Counted from the first letter of the stretch, positions 19,686 to 29,101 are shown. The stretch is DNA of 32,000 nt from Acaryochloris marina MBIC11017 (GCF_000018105.1 NC_009925.1:300001-332000), one strand, 5' to 3'. Notes: a model not told the origin generated them from the letters alone. A program made the numbers and translations.

Positions 19686-19791
19686 AGTGAAAGGGAAAAG
19701 CTCCCTACACTCGTCTATAGGTTGGAGTCCGATTGATTATGCAGTGATTAAAGCAAAAGACTTCGTTTTCTTCAGATCCTAATAGGCCAAA

Positions 19792-20367
19792 TTAAATGGC
19801 TGGCAGAGGTTCTGGCTGTTCTTGACCCGCCCCAAATCCTATCGCCCCACTCGAATAAGTCGTACCAAAATTCTGAACGAGTTGATTAACCTGACTCAAG
19901 GCTGACCGAAAATCGCGATCTTGCAGCGAAGACAGGGGATGAAGAAAGGTAGCAAAGACAATGCCATTACTGACTGCATACCGACCATCCAAAGCGGTGT
20001 GGAAATTGGCAAGCAGCATATTATCCCGCTGTTCTGGGGTGATCTCCGCTGCCTTTTTGATGGGAGCCAGAATTCGCATCCGATCATGCTGCGCACTAGT
20101 CAGTATGAGCATGGTTCGCCCGTCATACTTAAAGCTAATCTGCCCTTGCTCAACTTGAACATCGGAGGCTTCATCCCGCAGAATCGTTTCCAGCTGCTCA
20201 ATGGTGGTCGATCCTGCTGTGGGACTTTCGGATTGAATGGCTTTGGGAAGGAGCTGAGCCTGAACTGCATTGAGCTTTGTCTGCGGCAGGAGTTCGGTCT
20301 GAGCCCTCGCCCAAGTCAAGGAGGCGATCGCTCCCACAAACAGAACTAATAGAGACATCCTTTTCAT
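19792..20367 (-). CDS. exported hypothetical protein
   Basis: ORF 19792..20406. The Met at 20367 starts a typical signal peptide, MKRMSLLVLFVGAIASLTWARA. No family confidently recognised. Confidence 0.5.
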   Translation of the reverse strand: MKRMSLLVLFVGAIASLTWARAQTELLPQTKLNAVQAQLLPKAIQSESPTAGSTTIEQLETILRDEASDVQVEQGQISFKYDGRTMLILTSAQHDRMRILAPIKKAAEITPEQRDNMLLANFHTALDGRYAVSNGIVFATFLHPLSSLQDRDFRSALSQVNQLVQNFGTTYSSGAIGFGAGQEQPEPLPAI

Positions 20368-20490
20368 GACAGCACCCTGACCAGCTAACTGCTTTAGCAT
20401 AAACATCTAAAGTGAGAATTCCCTGAATCCAGCCTCAACGCAACGGGTGGGGCTTAGTCTTTGGATCCTGAGTCGTAAGCTAGCGGTCTA

Positions 20491-20751
20491 TCACCCCCCA
20501 CTCACAGGGGGAATTAACACCACTTCATCGCCAGGTTGTAAAGGCGTATCCCCAGAGACAAAGTCCAAATTGACGCCAAAATGGGTCACAGACTGTAAGG
20601 ACGCCAGTTCGGGATATTGCTCCCAAAAATATTGACCGACGTGGGCCACGATTGAGCCATCTGGAAATTCGAGTTCTAACTCTGGGGAACCCACTACCTC
20701 CTGATAAGCGGCAAACAGCTTGACGGTTACTTTAATGTTGGGAGCAGACAT
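20491..20751 (-). CDS. moaD: MoaD/ThiS-family ubiquitin-like sulfur-carrier protein (C-terminal GG)
   Basis: 86 aa, MSAPNIKVTVKLFAAY...LQPGDEVVLIPPVSGG-stop, with the classic MoaD C-terminus. The ATG lies 2 nt after the cysH stop (TAAGAATG). Confidence 0.7.
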   Translation of the reverse strand: MSAPNIKVTVKLFAAYQEVVGSPELELEFPDGSIVAHVGQYFWEQYPELASLQSVTHFGVNLDFVSGDTPLQPGDEVVLIPPVSGG

Positions 20752-20753
20752 TC

Positions 20754-21482
20754 TTAAGCATGCATTCCGCATTCTGTACGGGCTTTTCCTCGCCAACGAC
20801 CGGCCCGCTCTTCTTCACCAGGCTTCGTCATGGTGGTTAAAGGCTCATCGCCGATACTGGCATAACCCTGATCATAAAGGGGGTTATACAACACCTGATT
20901 GTTGACCAGATAGTTCCACACATCTTTGTAAGACCAGTTGGCTAGGGGATTCACTTTTAAGCGCCCGTCTCGATCGCATTCAAAAATCGGCATCTTTGCT
21001 CGGGTAGAAGACTGATCTCGTCGCCTGCCCGTAATCCAGGTGGCGACCTGAAGCTGTTCGAGTCCTCGCCGCAACGGTTCAACTTTGGTTAGTTGATGAA
21101 ATTGTTCTAAATCCGTTTCCCAGAGCTGCTCACCATAGTGTTGAGCAAATTCAGCACGGGACGTCACACCTTGGGGGCGAAAAATTTGCAAATCTACCCC
21201 GTAATGGGCCTGAGCGTCGTTGGCCAGTTTTAGGGTTTCTGGAAAATGGTGCAGGGTATCCAAAAACAAGACCGGAATGGAAGGATTGGGATTGAGGTCT
21301 TTGTAAAGCAGGTCCATAATCACCATGCCACTCGCCCCAAATGCGGTGCTCTGGATCAGCCCCTCAGGTAGATTCTCTAAACACCACGTCAAAATACTTT
21401 TGGGATGAGCCTTATCCAACTGCTGATTCAGCTGATCAATATCAACTGTCTGCTGCTTGGGGGTCTCGATGCATGGATCCAT
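20754..21482 (-). CDS. cysH: phosphoadenosine-phosphosulfate (PAPS/APS) reductase
   Basis: 242 aa with the PP-loop-type N-terminal region and the diagnostic C-terminal ECG(M/L)H motif (KARTECGMHA-stop). Confidence 0.85.
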   Translation of the reverse strand: MDPCIETPKQQTVDIDQLNQQLDKAHPKSILTWCLENLPEGLIQSTAFGASGMVIMDLLYKDLNPNPSIPVLFLDTLHHFPETLKLANDAQAHYGVDLQIFRPQGVTSRAEFAQHYGEQLWETDLEQFHQLTKVEPLRRGLEQLQVATWITGRRRDQSSTRAKMPIFECDRDGRLKVNPLANWSYKDVWNYLVNNQVLYNPLYDQGYASIGDEPLTTMTKPGEEERAGRWRGKARTECGMHA

Positions 21483-22098
21483 AGTGCCAATGCCAACCTA
21501 TTTCAAATTCGGTACGAACATTCTAACTGCTTATTCCCCGAATCTCCACCGGATAACCGTAGTATAAAGTTCGGTCCCGTTGAGTTGGACACAGCTTAGG
21601 GGGTTGGCGAAGGCCAATGGTGTAACCAATTTGACAGTTTTCTTAGCCAGAGTATGGTCACACACTCTTCTCTATCAGCAAATGCCTGCAATGCTGCAGG
21701 CATTTGCTCCCTTCCCGCCATAAGATTATGGAACAAGTGAAAATATAAAATTCAGGCTGTTTTGAACTTGTTCAGCCGATAGAAACTGGTTAGCAGCAAA
21801 GAACTCATGGAGCTGTTGTTTGATCTGTGTCAGGGTCGTTCCAAGAGGGAGATGGTGCAGACATCGTAAGCGTAGTAAGTGAATCACATATTCAACCAAG
21901 TTCAACTTGGGAGAGTAGGACGGCAAATATAAAAACTCAACTTGAATCGATTGGGTGAGCCCCATCTGCTCTAGATGGATAGCGAGTTGGGAGCGCATCT
22001 TGCCCTTATGGGTCGGATTGTTATCGAGAATAAGGCACAGTTGAGTGTAGCCCAGCTCAACGCTATCCAGACATAGGTCTGCAAAGTACTCAGAGATA

Positions 22099-23052
22099 TA
22101 GCAGTCGCCATATTGAGAAGGACTTAAACTAGAGAAGTATTTTATTCCTTCTCCTGTGTGATGCCCAAAATTTATAGTTACGACCTACGTTGCAAAGTGA
22201 TAGATGCGATTGAGCTAGATGGGATGCGCCCTTCTGAGGCTAGTGAGCTGTTCGATATCAGTCGTAACACCATTAACCAATGGCAACACCTCAAGGCGGA
22301 AACGGGTGATTTGCATCCCAAGCCAGTCCATCATCCTGGCCATAGCCATAAAATCACTGACTGGGACAAGTTTCGAGCGTTTGCCCACAAGCATCGTCAT
22401 AAAACCCAAGCTCAGATGGCTCAACTATGGGATGGAGAGATTAGTGATCGAACCATCTCAAGAGCCCTCCAGAAAATCGGATTTACTCGAAAAAAAAACA
22501 TATGGGTACCGAGAACGAGATAAGCACAAACGGGCAGCGTTCATCAAACGTCTGAGTACCGTGGACCCAGACGATATCGTCTATGCGGATGAGTCGGGCA
22601 TGGATCATCGAGACGAGTATGACTATGCTTATGGCCCCAAAGGTGAGCGGGTTTATGCTTTGAAGACTGGGCGTAGAAGCGGCCGAGTCAATATGATTGC
22701 GGCGTTGAGAGCAAAGCAGTTGATGGCACCGTTCACGATCGAAGGAGCTTGCAATCGGACTGTGTTTGAACTTTGGCTAGAGCGTTGCTTGATACCCGTG
22801 CTCAAGCCTGGGCAGAAGCTGGTGATAGATAATGCCACTTTTCACAAGGGAGGACAAATACAGGAATTAGTGGAAAAAGCAGGATGTGAGGTTTGGTATT
22901 TACCGCCTTATTCCCCTGACTTGAACAAGATTGAGCGGTCTTGGTCTTGGATTAAAAGTCGCATCCGTCACCAATTAGAACATTTTGGATCTCTCAGAGA
23001 AGCAATGGAACATGTTCTACATCTAGTGTCCTGAATAGAATGGCGACTGCTA
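22099..23052 (+). mobile_element. inner IS630-family element (954 bp, ISY100-like size) nested in the outer IS630 transposase gene
   Basis: The terminal inverted repeats are TAGCAGTCGCCAT (22099-22111) and ATGGCGACTGCTA (23040-23052). The TA duplication (22097-22098 and 23053-54) is typical of the IS630/Tc1-mariner family. Confidence 0.85.
22161..23034 (+). CDS. IS630-family transposase of the inner element; two frames joined at an A9 run (22500-22508)
   Basis: Frame 1 reads MPKIYSYDLR...IGFTRKK. Frame 2 continues with TYGYRERDKHKR...VYADESG...VIDNATFHKG...LPPYSPDLNKIE. Loss of one A, or slippage, gives a single ORF of about 289 aa. Confidence 0.75.
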
Positions 23053-23886
23053 TATCTTCTGTTTTAGCCTGTGGGCTCAGAGCGAAATACTCTTCGCCAC
23101 TGTGGGCATCGACGCACAGTAACCCATTGAGCTTGTTGCGAGCCCGCTCATTACTCTTGACCTGTGGACGAGTGTTGCGTTCTGCCCAGCCATAGAACAA
23201 CCTAGGACGCTCAGACACCGCAAATTCGTCAAAGAACAAGATGCGCTCATCCGATTGTCGTGATTGCAGTTTTTTTAACAGCCGCCACCCACTCTTTCTG
23301 GGCGTTCAGGTCAGCATTCGCATAGTCACGATGGGCGCGTTGGTAAGATAACCCCAACTCTGATAGCAATTCGTAGATACGCGAATCTTTCAGCTGCACC
23401 TCGAAACGCTGCTCAATCACAACGGCTAAAATTGCACCTGTCCACATATTGCGGTCAATACCATAGTCTGTCGGACGTTGCGTCAGAACCATCTCTTTGA
23501 GTTGTTGTTGTTCCTCTGGGCTCAACCGACTAGGTTTTTGATGTCGAATGGATTGGACCAAGCCCTGGAGTCCACCATCGAGATATTTGTCCATCCAACG
23601 CGTTAACGTATCATAGCTACACCCCACTTGTTCGCTCACTTGGGTACGACTGTGTCCTTCATTCAGCAATTTGATCGCGGTCAAGCGCTGTCGAATGTAG
23701 TGTTGTTGATTGCGGTAGTAGAATTTCTGCCACTCATCCGCATCAAAAGGCTTGTCCAGAAAGGCTTGTGTTCGATTCAATGTGACTATTTGCTCTTTTC
23801 CCCATTTTACAGCGGGAAGGGAGTAATCCTAACGGACTTGTCCCGATGCCCCTCAAAGCATCTCTGTTTTCTACAGAGTAGGCCCG

Positions 23887-25581
23887 CTAAAAGCGGAAAT
23901 ACCACTGACTATGCTGGACTTCAGACGTTTCGCCATAGCTACTGATGGATACCGACCGGAGTTTACTCAGGAGGGTTTGAGCATTACTTTCCAGCTTAGA
24001 AATAACGGGTAGATTCTTTTTCAGAATGGGCTTCATCACAGGCCAATCTATATATAAGAACCCTTGATTGGGCTGATCGAAGGGTGCGATCGCATCTTGA
24101 AACGACCGCTGATTAGTCAAGGCATCACTGCCAGCATCCAGGGCTAACCCTAGAGCCTCGGGTGAGCTGGCCAAGATCTTTTGGTTATCAATATTGGCGT
24201 AGGCCCCTGTCACTTCCGTCTTGAAGGTGAGGTTGCTACCGCGAGTATCATCGATTTCTTGAGAGACCAAACGGGTCCAGGCATAGACCTTGCGACCGGC
24301 TAGCTCAAACGGACTTGTGCCTAGATCCTGTTCCGTTGCTAGCTCATTTAAATGAGTCGCCAACTGCTTGTTTTTATCGCTATTGGTCTGCTCATAGGCA
24401 AAAAGCCAATCTGCTTCTGAATTCGCCTGAGCCGACAAGACAGGCGACAAGGAATCCGGCAACAGTGCCCAAGCATAGTCCCCATCGACCCAAGGGAAAA
24501 TTTTGCTGGTGAGGTTGAGGCCGTGGGTTTTCCCCCAAGTGCCGAGAGTTTGATTCACCCAAGATTTGAGATTGGGATAGCCTTGCAAATCCTGGTTGAT
24601 TTGAGACCATAGGGTGCCTAAATTCGATCCAGAGACCACAAACGGACTATTGCCGGGGAAATAACTAAGGGCCGCCATCGGCTCTTGCTGGGTTGTCTTA
24701 ACGGCGGGTAGGTCTCGTCCGGCCTTGGCAACCAAAGCGGTCTCAGCCAACAGCCCCTGCCGAGATTCACCAAAGGCAATCCCCAAGCTGCGATAGGTGG
24801 GTGGGGTGGTGGCCGCTTGACCAGAAATGGCCGGAAGCAGCTTTTCTAAATCCAGATAGGCCATCCCAGACTGTTGTTTTTGAGTCAGGGATGCGATCGC
24901 AGTTTTGTACTCGGACCGTTTCGCCAACTGCGTGGCCGGTTTTTTAGACGAATCAACCGCCTGCTCTAAAACCTGACGCTGATTGGCAATTAAGACAAAG
25001 CGATCATCCAACTTAGCGGTGGTCAAATATCGAACCGGCTTCAACAATCCTGGTAGACGAGCAGACGTAGCCACATTGGGCGACATATCCGCCGAAATCA
25101 GATCGACCCCAGCATACCGTTCAAAATTTATCGTCTGGCCGTCCGTGGCCTGCTGCTGCCAAATCCGCTCCAAGAAGGCATCTGCATCCCGATTATTTCG
25201 GGTTTTAACCGCCAGCAAATATCCAGGCTGCCCTTTCTCCAAACTGGTCAAGGCGAAGGTCATTTCGTCACTCACCCAGGGGCGAATATCCTTTTGATAA
25301 TCGATGCCCCCAGTGGCCAGCAAAGTCGCAGGTAAATCCGTTAGTTGGGAAGAGGCTCCTGCTGACTCATTTCCAGCCATCTTTAATGGGCTCCCCGTCA
25401 ACGAAACCATTAAAGACGTTGTATCAGGCATAAAATGGGCCGATTCAGGGCCTAACTCAGGCTCTGGCTGAGGCGGGGCCAATTCAGGTTCAGGCTCAAG
25501 GGCCCAGACGGGTCCGCTCCAAATCAGCAGGGCAAGAACACTGGCTAGTAACTGAAGAAAAACAGAACGAAGTTTTACCAT
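23887..25581 (-). CDS. secreted hypothetical protein (length and taxon fit the cyanobacterial DUF3352 family; not verified)
   Basis: 564 aa with signal peptide MVKLRSVFLQLLASVLALLIWSGPVWA. The family guess is from memory of typical length only. Confidence 0.55.
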   Translation of the reverse strand: MVKLRSVFLQLLASVLALLIWSGPVWALEPEPELAPPQPEPELGPESAHFMPDTTSLMVSLTGSPLKMAGNESAGASSQLTDLPATLLATGGIDYQKDIRPWVSDEMTFALTSLEKGQPGYLLAVKTRNNRDADAFLERIWQQQATDGQTINFERYAGVDLISADMSPNVATSARLPGLLKPVRYLTTAKLDDRFVLIANQRQVLEQAVDSSKKPATQLAKRSEYKTAIASLTQKQQSGMAYLDLEKLLPAISGQAATTPPTYRSLGIAFGESRQGLLAETALVAKAGRDLPAVKTTQQEPMAALSYFPGNSPFVVSGSNLGTLWSQINQDLQGYPNLKSWVNQTLGTWGKTHGLNLTSKIFPWVDGDYAWALLPDSLSPVLSAQANSEADWLFAYEQTNSDKNKQLATHLNELATEQDLGTSPFELAGRKVYAWTRLVSQEIDDTRGSNLTFKTEVTGAYANIDNQKILASSPEALGLALDAGSDALTNQRSFQDAIAPFDQPNQGFLYIDWPVMKPILKKNLPVISKLESNAQTLLSKLRSVSISSYGETSEVQHSQWYFRF

Positions 25582-25810
25582 AGAGTGCGAAAGTCAGGCT
25601 CATAAAGACCAGATATTGCAGTGGGGCTGAGAAAAACCCACAGAAGCTATTTGACCGTATCAGCCCCATTATTTCAGCAAACTGCACCTGAACAAGTTAA
25701 GCAATCTAAAATCTACAAGTCACGGCATCTATTCCCCATCAGGCCTTCTTGCCACGTTCCACCGAGGGGGCTTTAGCCAACCCGTTCCATCACGGCATCC
25801 GTGCCATCCC

Positions 25811-26032
25811 CTAACCCGCTGAGCGCTGAAACAGCGTATCTAAATAAACCCGAGCCGCACGACGATCCCCTTCGCCATTTTGCAATAGAAACAATGATAA
25901 AGCCGCTGAGAAGACTCGATCCTGGTCCCAATCAGGATGAGACTCTAAATATCCTTTGAGGGTAATATGCAGTTCCTCAGGAATTTCAGCAAGGATGCTA
26001 ATAGTTGCATTCATAGTTATCAATTTTGACAA
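25811..26032 (-). CDS. small conserved cyanobacterial protein (DUF2811-like)
   Basis: 73-aa ORF. The pattern SILAEIPEELH..L..YLE.HPDWDQDRV..AALSLFLLQNG resembles that family as I recall it. Confidence 0.45.
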   Translation of the reverse strand: MSKLITMNATISILAEIPEELHITLKGYLESHPDWDQDRVFSAALSLFLLQNGEGDRRAARVYLDTLFQRSAG

Positions 26033-26309
26033 TACAGTTCGAATTGATCATTATTTGCGTGCACGAACCCTGCCCCCCAATACTGAGAGCACTCAAATAA
26101 CTTAGGCCGATTTATTTTGCGCTATGTGGGGGTGGGGTTGTCAATGGTTAAGGGCCAGATAAATTCTTAAGAAAAAATGAAGTTGACAACGAGATATTAG
26201 GGGTTACAGAGCTTTTTCGTTACATAGATACATATTTTCCTGGGGAAATCTCATTCATATCTCAAAATCCCCAAAAGATTCTCAAGGGCTTTGAGTCTCA
26301 TCCATCTCC

Positions 26310-26383
26310 TGTGGAAAACATCGGAAAAACTGTGGAAAACTGTGGAAAAACTTGTGGAAAGCTTGGGGATAACCTGGGGAAAG
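26310..26383 (+). promoter_or_regulatory. phased array of cyanobacterial-type DnaA boxes (TGTGGAAAA = complement of TTTTCCACA)
   Basis: Perfect 9-mers sit at 26310, 26331 and 26341. There is an 8/9 match at 26353 (TGTGGAAAG) and 7/9 matches at 26364 (TGGGGATAA, 8/9 to the E. coli-type TGTGGATAA) and 26375 (TGGGGAAAG). A weak 6/9 match lies at 26320. All are on the same strand, with start-to-start spacing of 10-12 bp. The tract 26384-26430 immediately downstream is AT-rich. Confidence 0.6.
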
Positions 26384-26617
26384 ATAATTATTCGAGAAAA
26401 TTATATTTTTTTACTTTCAAGTCACCATTTGACGATTTTTCTGGCCATCATACAGACCCAAGCAACATTAGGATCTTTTAAGCAAGCTAAATAAGAAATA
26501 ATGTCTGGCCCTAGAAAAATCCTTGGGTAGGAATGGGATAATAAACACCAGCCTCTTCCGTTATCCAAGTTGCCCATTCCCCTGCAATCCATTCTTGAGA
26601 TTGCCCTGGATATTGTT

Positions 26618-27679
26618 ATGAACCCTCTGAAGCGTCCCCAGCAAAATAGAGATCTGGTCCTCCCAGGCATTATTGCAGTGGGGCTAGTCTGGTCCGTCGG
26701 CCTTTTGGGCTTTGGGGTTTGGCAAAACCTGCAAACCCCACAACTGCGAAGGGAACAGCCTAACAATCCCCCCGTCAAAGCCGTTTCGAAGAATTCAACC
26801 TTCGCTCAGGTGAATCCCGTTCCTTCAGGTCGATTTAGATACAGCGGTAGCCCTAACTGGTCCTCTATCCGGCTAGTCGTTGACTCAGCGGTGCAATCCG
26901 AAAGGCGAGAGTATCAACTGAGCTATGTGCAACCCAAGGATAAACCGGCCAATTCCACAACCGCTATAGACCTTCTAATCCAAGACCAATTGGATTTTGT
27001 TCAATCTGACCGTCCCCTCCGTCCCAATGAGATCAAGCAAGCCCAAACCAAAGGGTTAAAGCTCCAACAAATCCCCGTCGCCACAGACGGGATTGCCATC
27101 GCCGTACACCCCAGCCTGTCCATCCCGGGCCTGACCCTCCAAGAACTATCAGATATCTACCGAGGGAAGATCACCAACTGGCAGCAAGTGGGTGGTCCCA
27201 ACTTAGCCATTCAACCCTTTTCCCTCTCGGTCGGCTCAGTCGGAAGCGTGGATATCTTTCTAAATAAGGTGATGGAAGGCCAGTCATTTAGTCAAACCCT
27301 AGACTACTTCCCCAACCTGACAGCTGCCCTGAGAAAGTTAGCCCAGAACCCAGGCGGAATCCTCTTTGGTTCCTCGGCAGAGATCGTTCCCCAATGCACC
27401 GTCAAGCCGGTCCCCATTGGTAAAGACGCCCAGGAATGGGTTGCCCCTTATCAAGCCCCCTACGTCTTATCTGAAGATTGCCCAAACCAACGAAATCGAA
27501 TTAACAGCCCTGCCTTCTTAAACCAGCAATATCCCCTCACCCACCCCCTCTACGTCATCTATGCCAAAGGGGGTGAACCTGCAGGAGAAGCCTACACTCA
27601 ACTCTTGCTCAGCAACCAGGGCCAAGAATTATTGCTGAAAGCTGGCTTTGCTCAGCTCTCTGCCAACCCGCAGCAATAG
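26618..27679 (+). CDS. PstS-family (phosphate-binding-protein-like) periplasmic substrate-binding protein with an N-terminal membrane anchor
   Basis: Contains IPVATDGIAIAVHPS...GLTLQELSDIYRGKITNWQQVGGPN, typical of the PstS/PBP family. ATG at 26618; the track start at 26570 is TTG. Confidence 0.65.
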   Translation: MNPLKRPQQNRDLVLPGIIAVGLVWSVGLLGFGVWQNLQTPQLRREQPNNPPVKAVSKNSTFAQVNPVPSGRFRYSGSPNWSSIRLVVDSAVQSERREYQLSYVQPKDKPANSTTAIDLLIQDQLDFVQSDRPLRPNEIKQAQTKGLKLQQIPVATDGIAIAVHPSLSIPGLTLQELSDIYRGKITNWQQVGGPNLAIQPFSLSVGSVGSVDIFLNKVMEGQSFSQTLDYFPNLTAALRKLAQNPGGILFGSSAEIVPQCTVKPVPIGKDAQEWVAPYQAPYVLSEDCPNQRNRINSPAFLNQQYPLTHPLYVIYAKGGEPAGEAYTQLLLSNQGQELLLKAGFAQLSANPQQ

Positions 27680-27688
27680 GCATTAACC

Positions 27689-28786
27689 CTAGACTTTTTT
27701 GCTTCGCTGGTGTCGAACCGTTCGGAAGGTAATAATCGCAAAGGTAATAATCGTCAACGGAGCGATAAACGTACTGATAACGGTGGTCAATACGCTAATG
27801 CCCTCATGGTGCATGGTATCCAATACCAGATAGCTGTTATAGGCCATGTAATAGATCAAAAATAAGATTCCTTCCCACCGAGAAATCACATTGCCCGTGG
27901 CAAAAATGGGAAGACAGGCCACTGCTGCAGCAATCATAATGGGGATATCAAAGGAGCGAACCGTGTTGGTCACGGCGATACCACCTGGAGCAAGCATACT
28001 AGCCAATCCTAAGGCCGTTAAAATATTGAAAATATTACTGCCAATCACATTACCAACGGCAATATCTCGCTCTCCTCGAAAACTCGCCACAATGGACGTG
28101 GCTAACTCAGGCAAAGACGTCCCCACTGAAATAATGGTTAAACCAATAACGAGTTCAGAAATCCCGAATCTCTGAGCAATGCTAACTGAACCATTTACCA
28201 AGGAATTGGAGCCTGACACGAGTAAAATCGCGCCCACTACGACATACCCTAGATTGGCCAATAAGCTGGGTCCTGAGAACTGGATCGGCTTACCGTATTC
28301 ATTGGCATATTCCGCTTGAACTTCTTCGTTATGTTCTCGCCGACCTTGATAAATCAAAAAGAGGGTGTAGATAATCCCGCCTAGACATAAGATCACGCCA
28401 TCCGACCGCCCCAGGTTGCCATCCCAGCTAAAAAGCCACATCAAGCCGGAGACCCCAATCATAATGGGGACATCTAGACGGACCAACTGCTGGGCTACCA
28501 ATAGTGGGGTAATTAGAGATGAAAGACCTAGGATCAGCAGAATATTAAAGATATTACTGCCAATCACATTTCCCAAGGAGATGTCACCTTGGCCAATGAT
28601 GCTGGATTTGACACTAACGGCCATTTCAGGCGCGCTGGTGCCATAGGCCACAATAGTTAGGCCAATGATCAACGGAGACAGACCCACCATCGTTGCTAAG
28701 CGAGACGCACCTCGAACTAAGGCTTCCGCCCCAACAACTAACAGCACTAAACCGCCAACAATAGCAGCGATAGCCGTTACGATCAT
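27689..28786 (-). CDS. CaCA-family calcium/sodium (cation) antiporter, YrbG-like
   Basis: Two alpha-repeat signatures, GNVIGSNIFNIL, in a 365-aa polytopic membrane protein. Confidence 0.85.
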   Translation of the reverse strand: MIVTAIAAIVGGLVLLVVGAEALVRGASRLATMVGLSPLIIGLTIVAYGTSAPEMAVSVKSSIIGQGDISLGNVIGSNIFNILLILGLSSLITPLLVAQQLVRLDVPIMIGVSGLMWLFSWDGNLGRSDGVILCLGGIIYTLFLIYQGRREHNEEVQAEYANEYGKPIQFSGPSLLANLGYVVVGAILLVSGSNSLVNGSVSIAQRFGISELVIGLTIISVGTSLPELATSIVASFRGERDIAVGNVIGSNIFNILTALGLASMLAPGGIAVTNTVRSFDIPIMIAAAVACLPIFATGNVISRWEGILFLIYYMAYNSYLVLDTMHHEGISVLTTVISTFIAPLTIITFAIITFRTVRHQRSKKV

Positions 28787-29101
28787 GGTTGTTCCCTAGA
28801 TAAGATGGCAAAGTTGCACACATAATCGCGATTGTAGCGAAATCAGAATGCACGAGATAGCTGAGTCCCCTCTTCTCTAAGTCAATCAACCTTTCAAACA
28901 ACCCAAAACCTGTGCTGATGAAAAGACCTTTGGCATTTCAGATAGGATGGCTCAAACCTTCTACATTCTGCACTAAATATATCCATTGGCAAAAAAGTTT
29001 ATGCCACCCTGGAAAGTGAGCCAGATAAATATGTCAGAAAATAATAGTCCCTATGCTTGAATGGCCGCTCAACTGCTCAATTCACACGCTTTAGAGGACC
29101 A

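Larger units (their letters stand above)
21726..23780 (-). pseudogene. outer IS630-family transposase, split by the nested IS and with a frame change at an A7 run
   Basis: The N-terminal HTH ORF is 23247..23780. The DDE part is 23055..23239 (…FFDEF…SPQAKTEDI) plus 21726..22096 (SEYFADLCLD…ILDNNPTHKGK…LPSYSPKLNLVE). Removing 22099-23054 (the inner IS plus one TA) restores ...AKTEDISEYF... in frame. Confidence 0.75.
21707..23823 (-). mobile_element. outer IS630-family element (about 1161 bp without the nested insert), disrupted
   Basis: The inverted termini are CTCCCTTCCCGC (21707-21718) and GCGGGAAGGGAG (23812-23823). TA flanks the right end and TG the left. It encodes an IS630-type transposase in pieces. 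Confidence 0.65.

Noticed and set aside
26291-26494. 67-aa ORF with 'WKTSEKLWKTVEKLVESL' repeats
   Set aside because: The repetitive peptide is the translation of the phased TGTGGAAAA DNA boxes. I interpret it as a protein-binding DNA array, not coding sequence.
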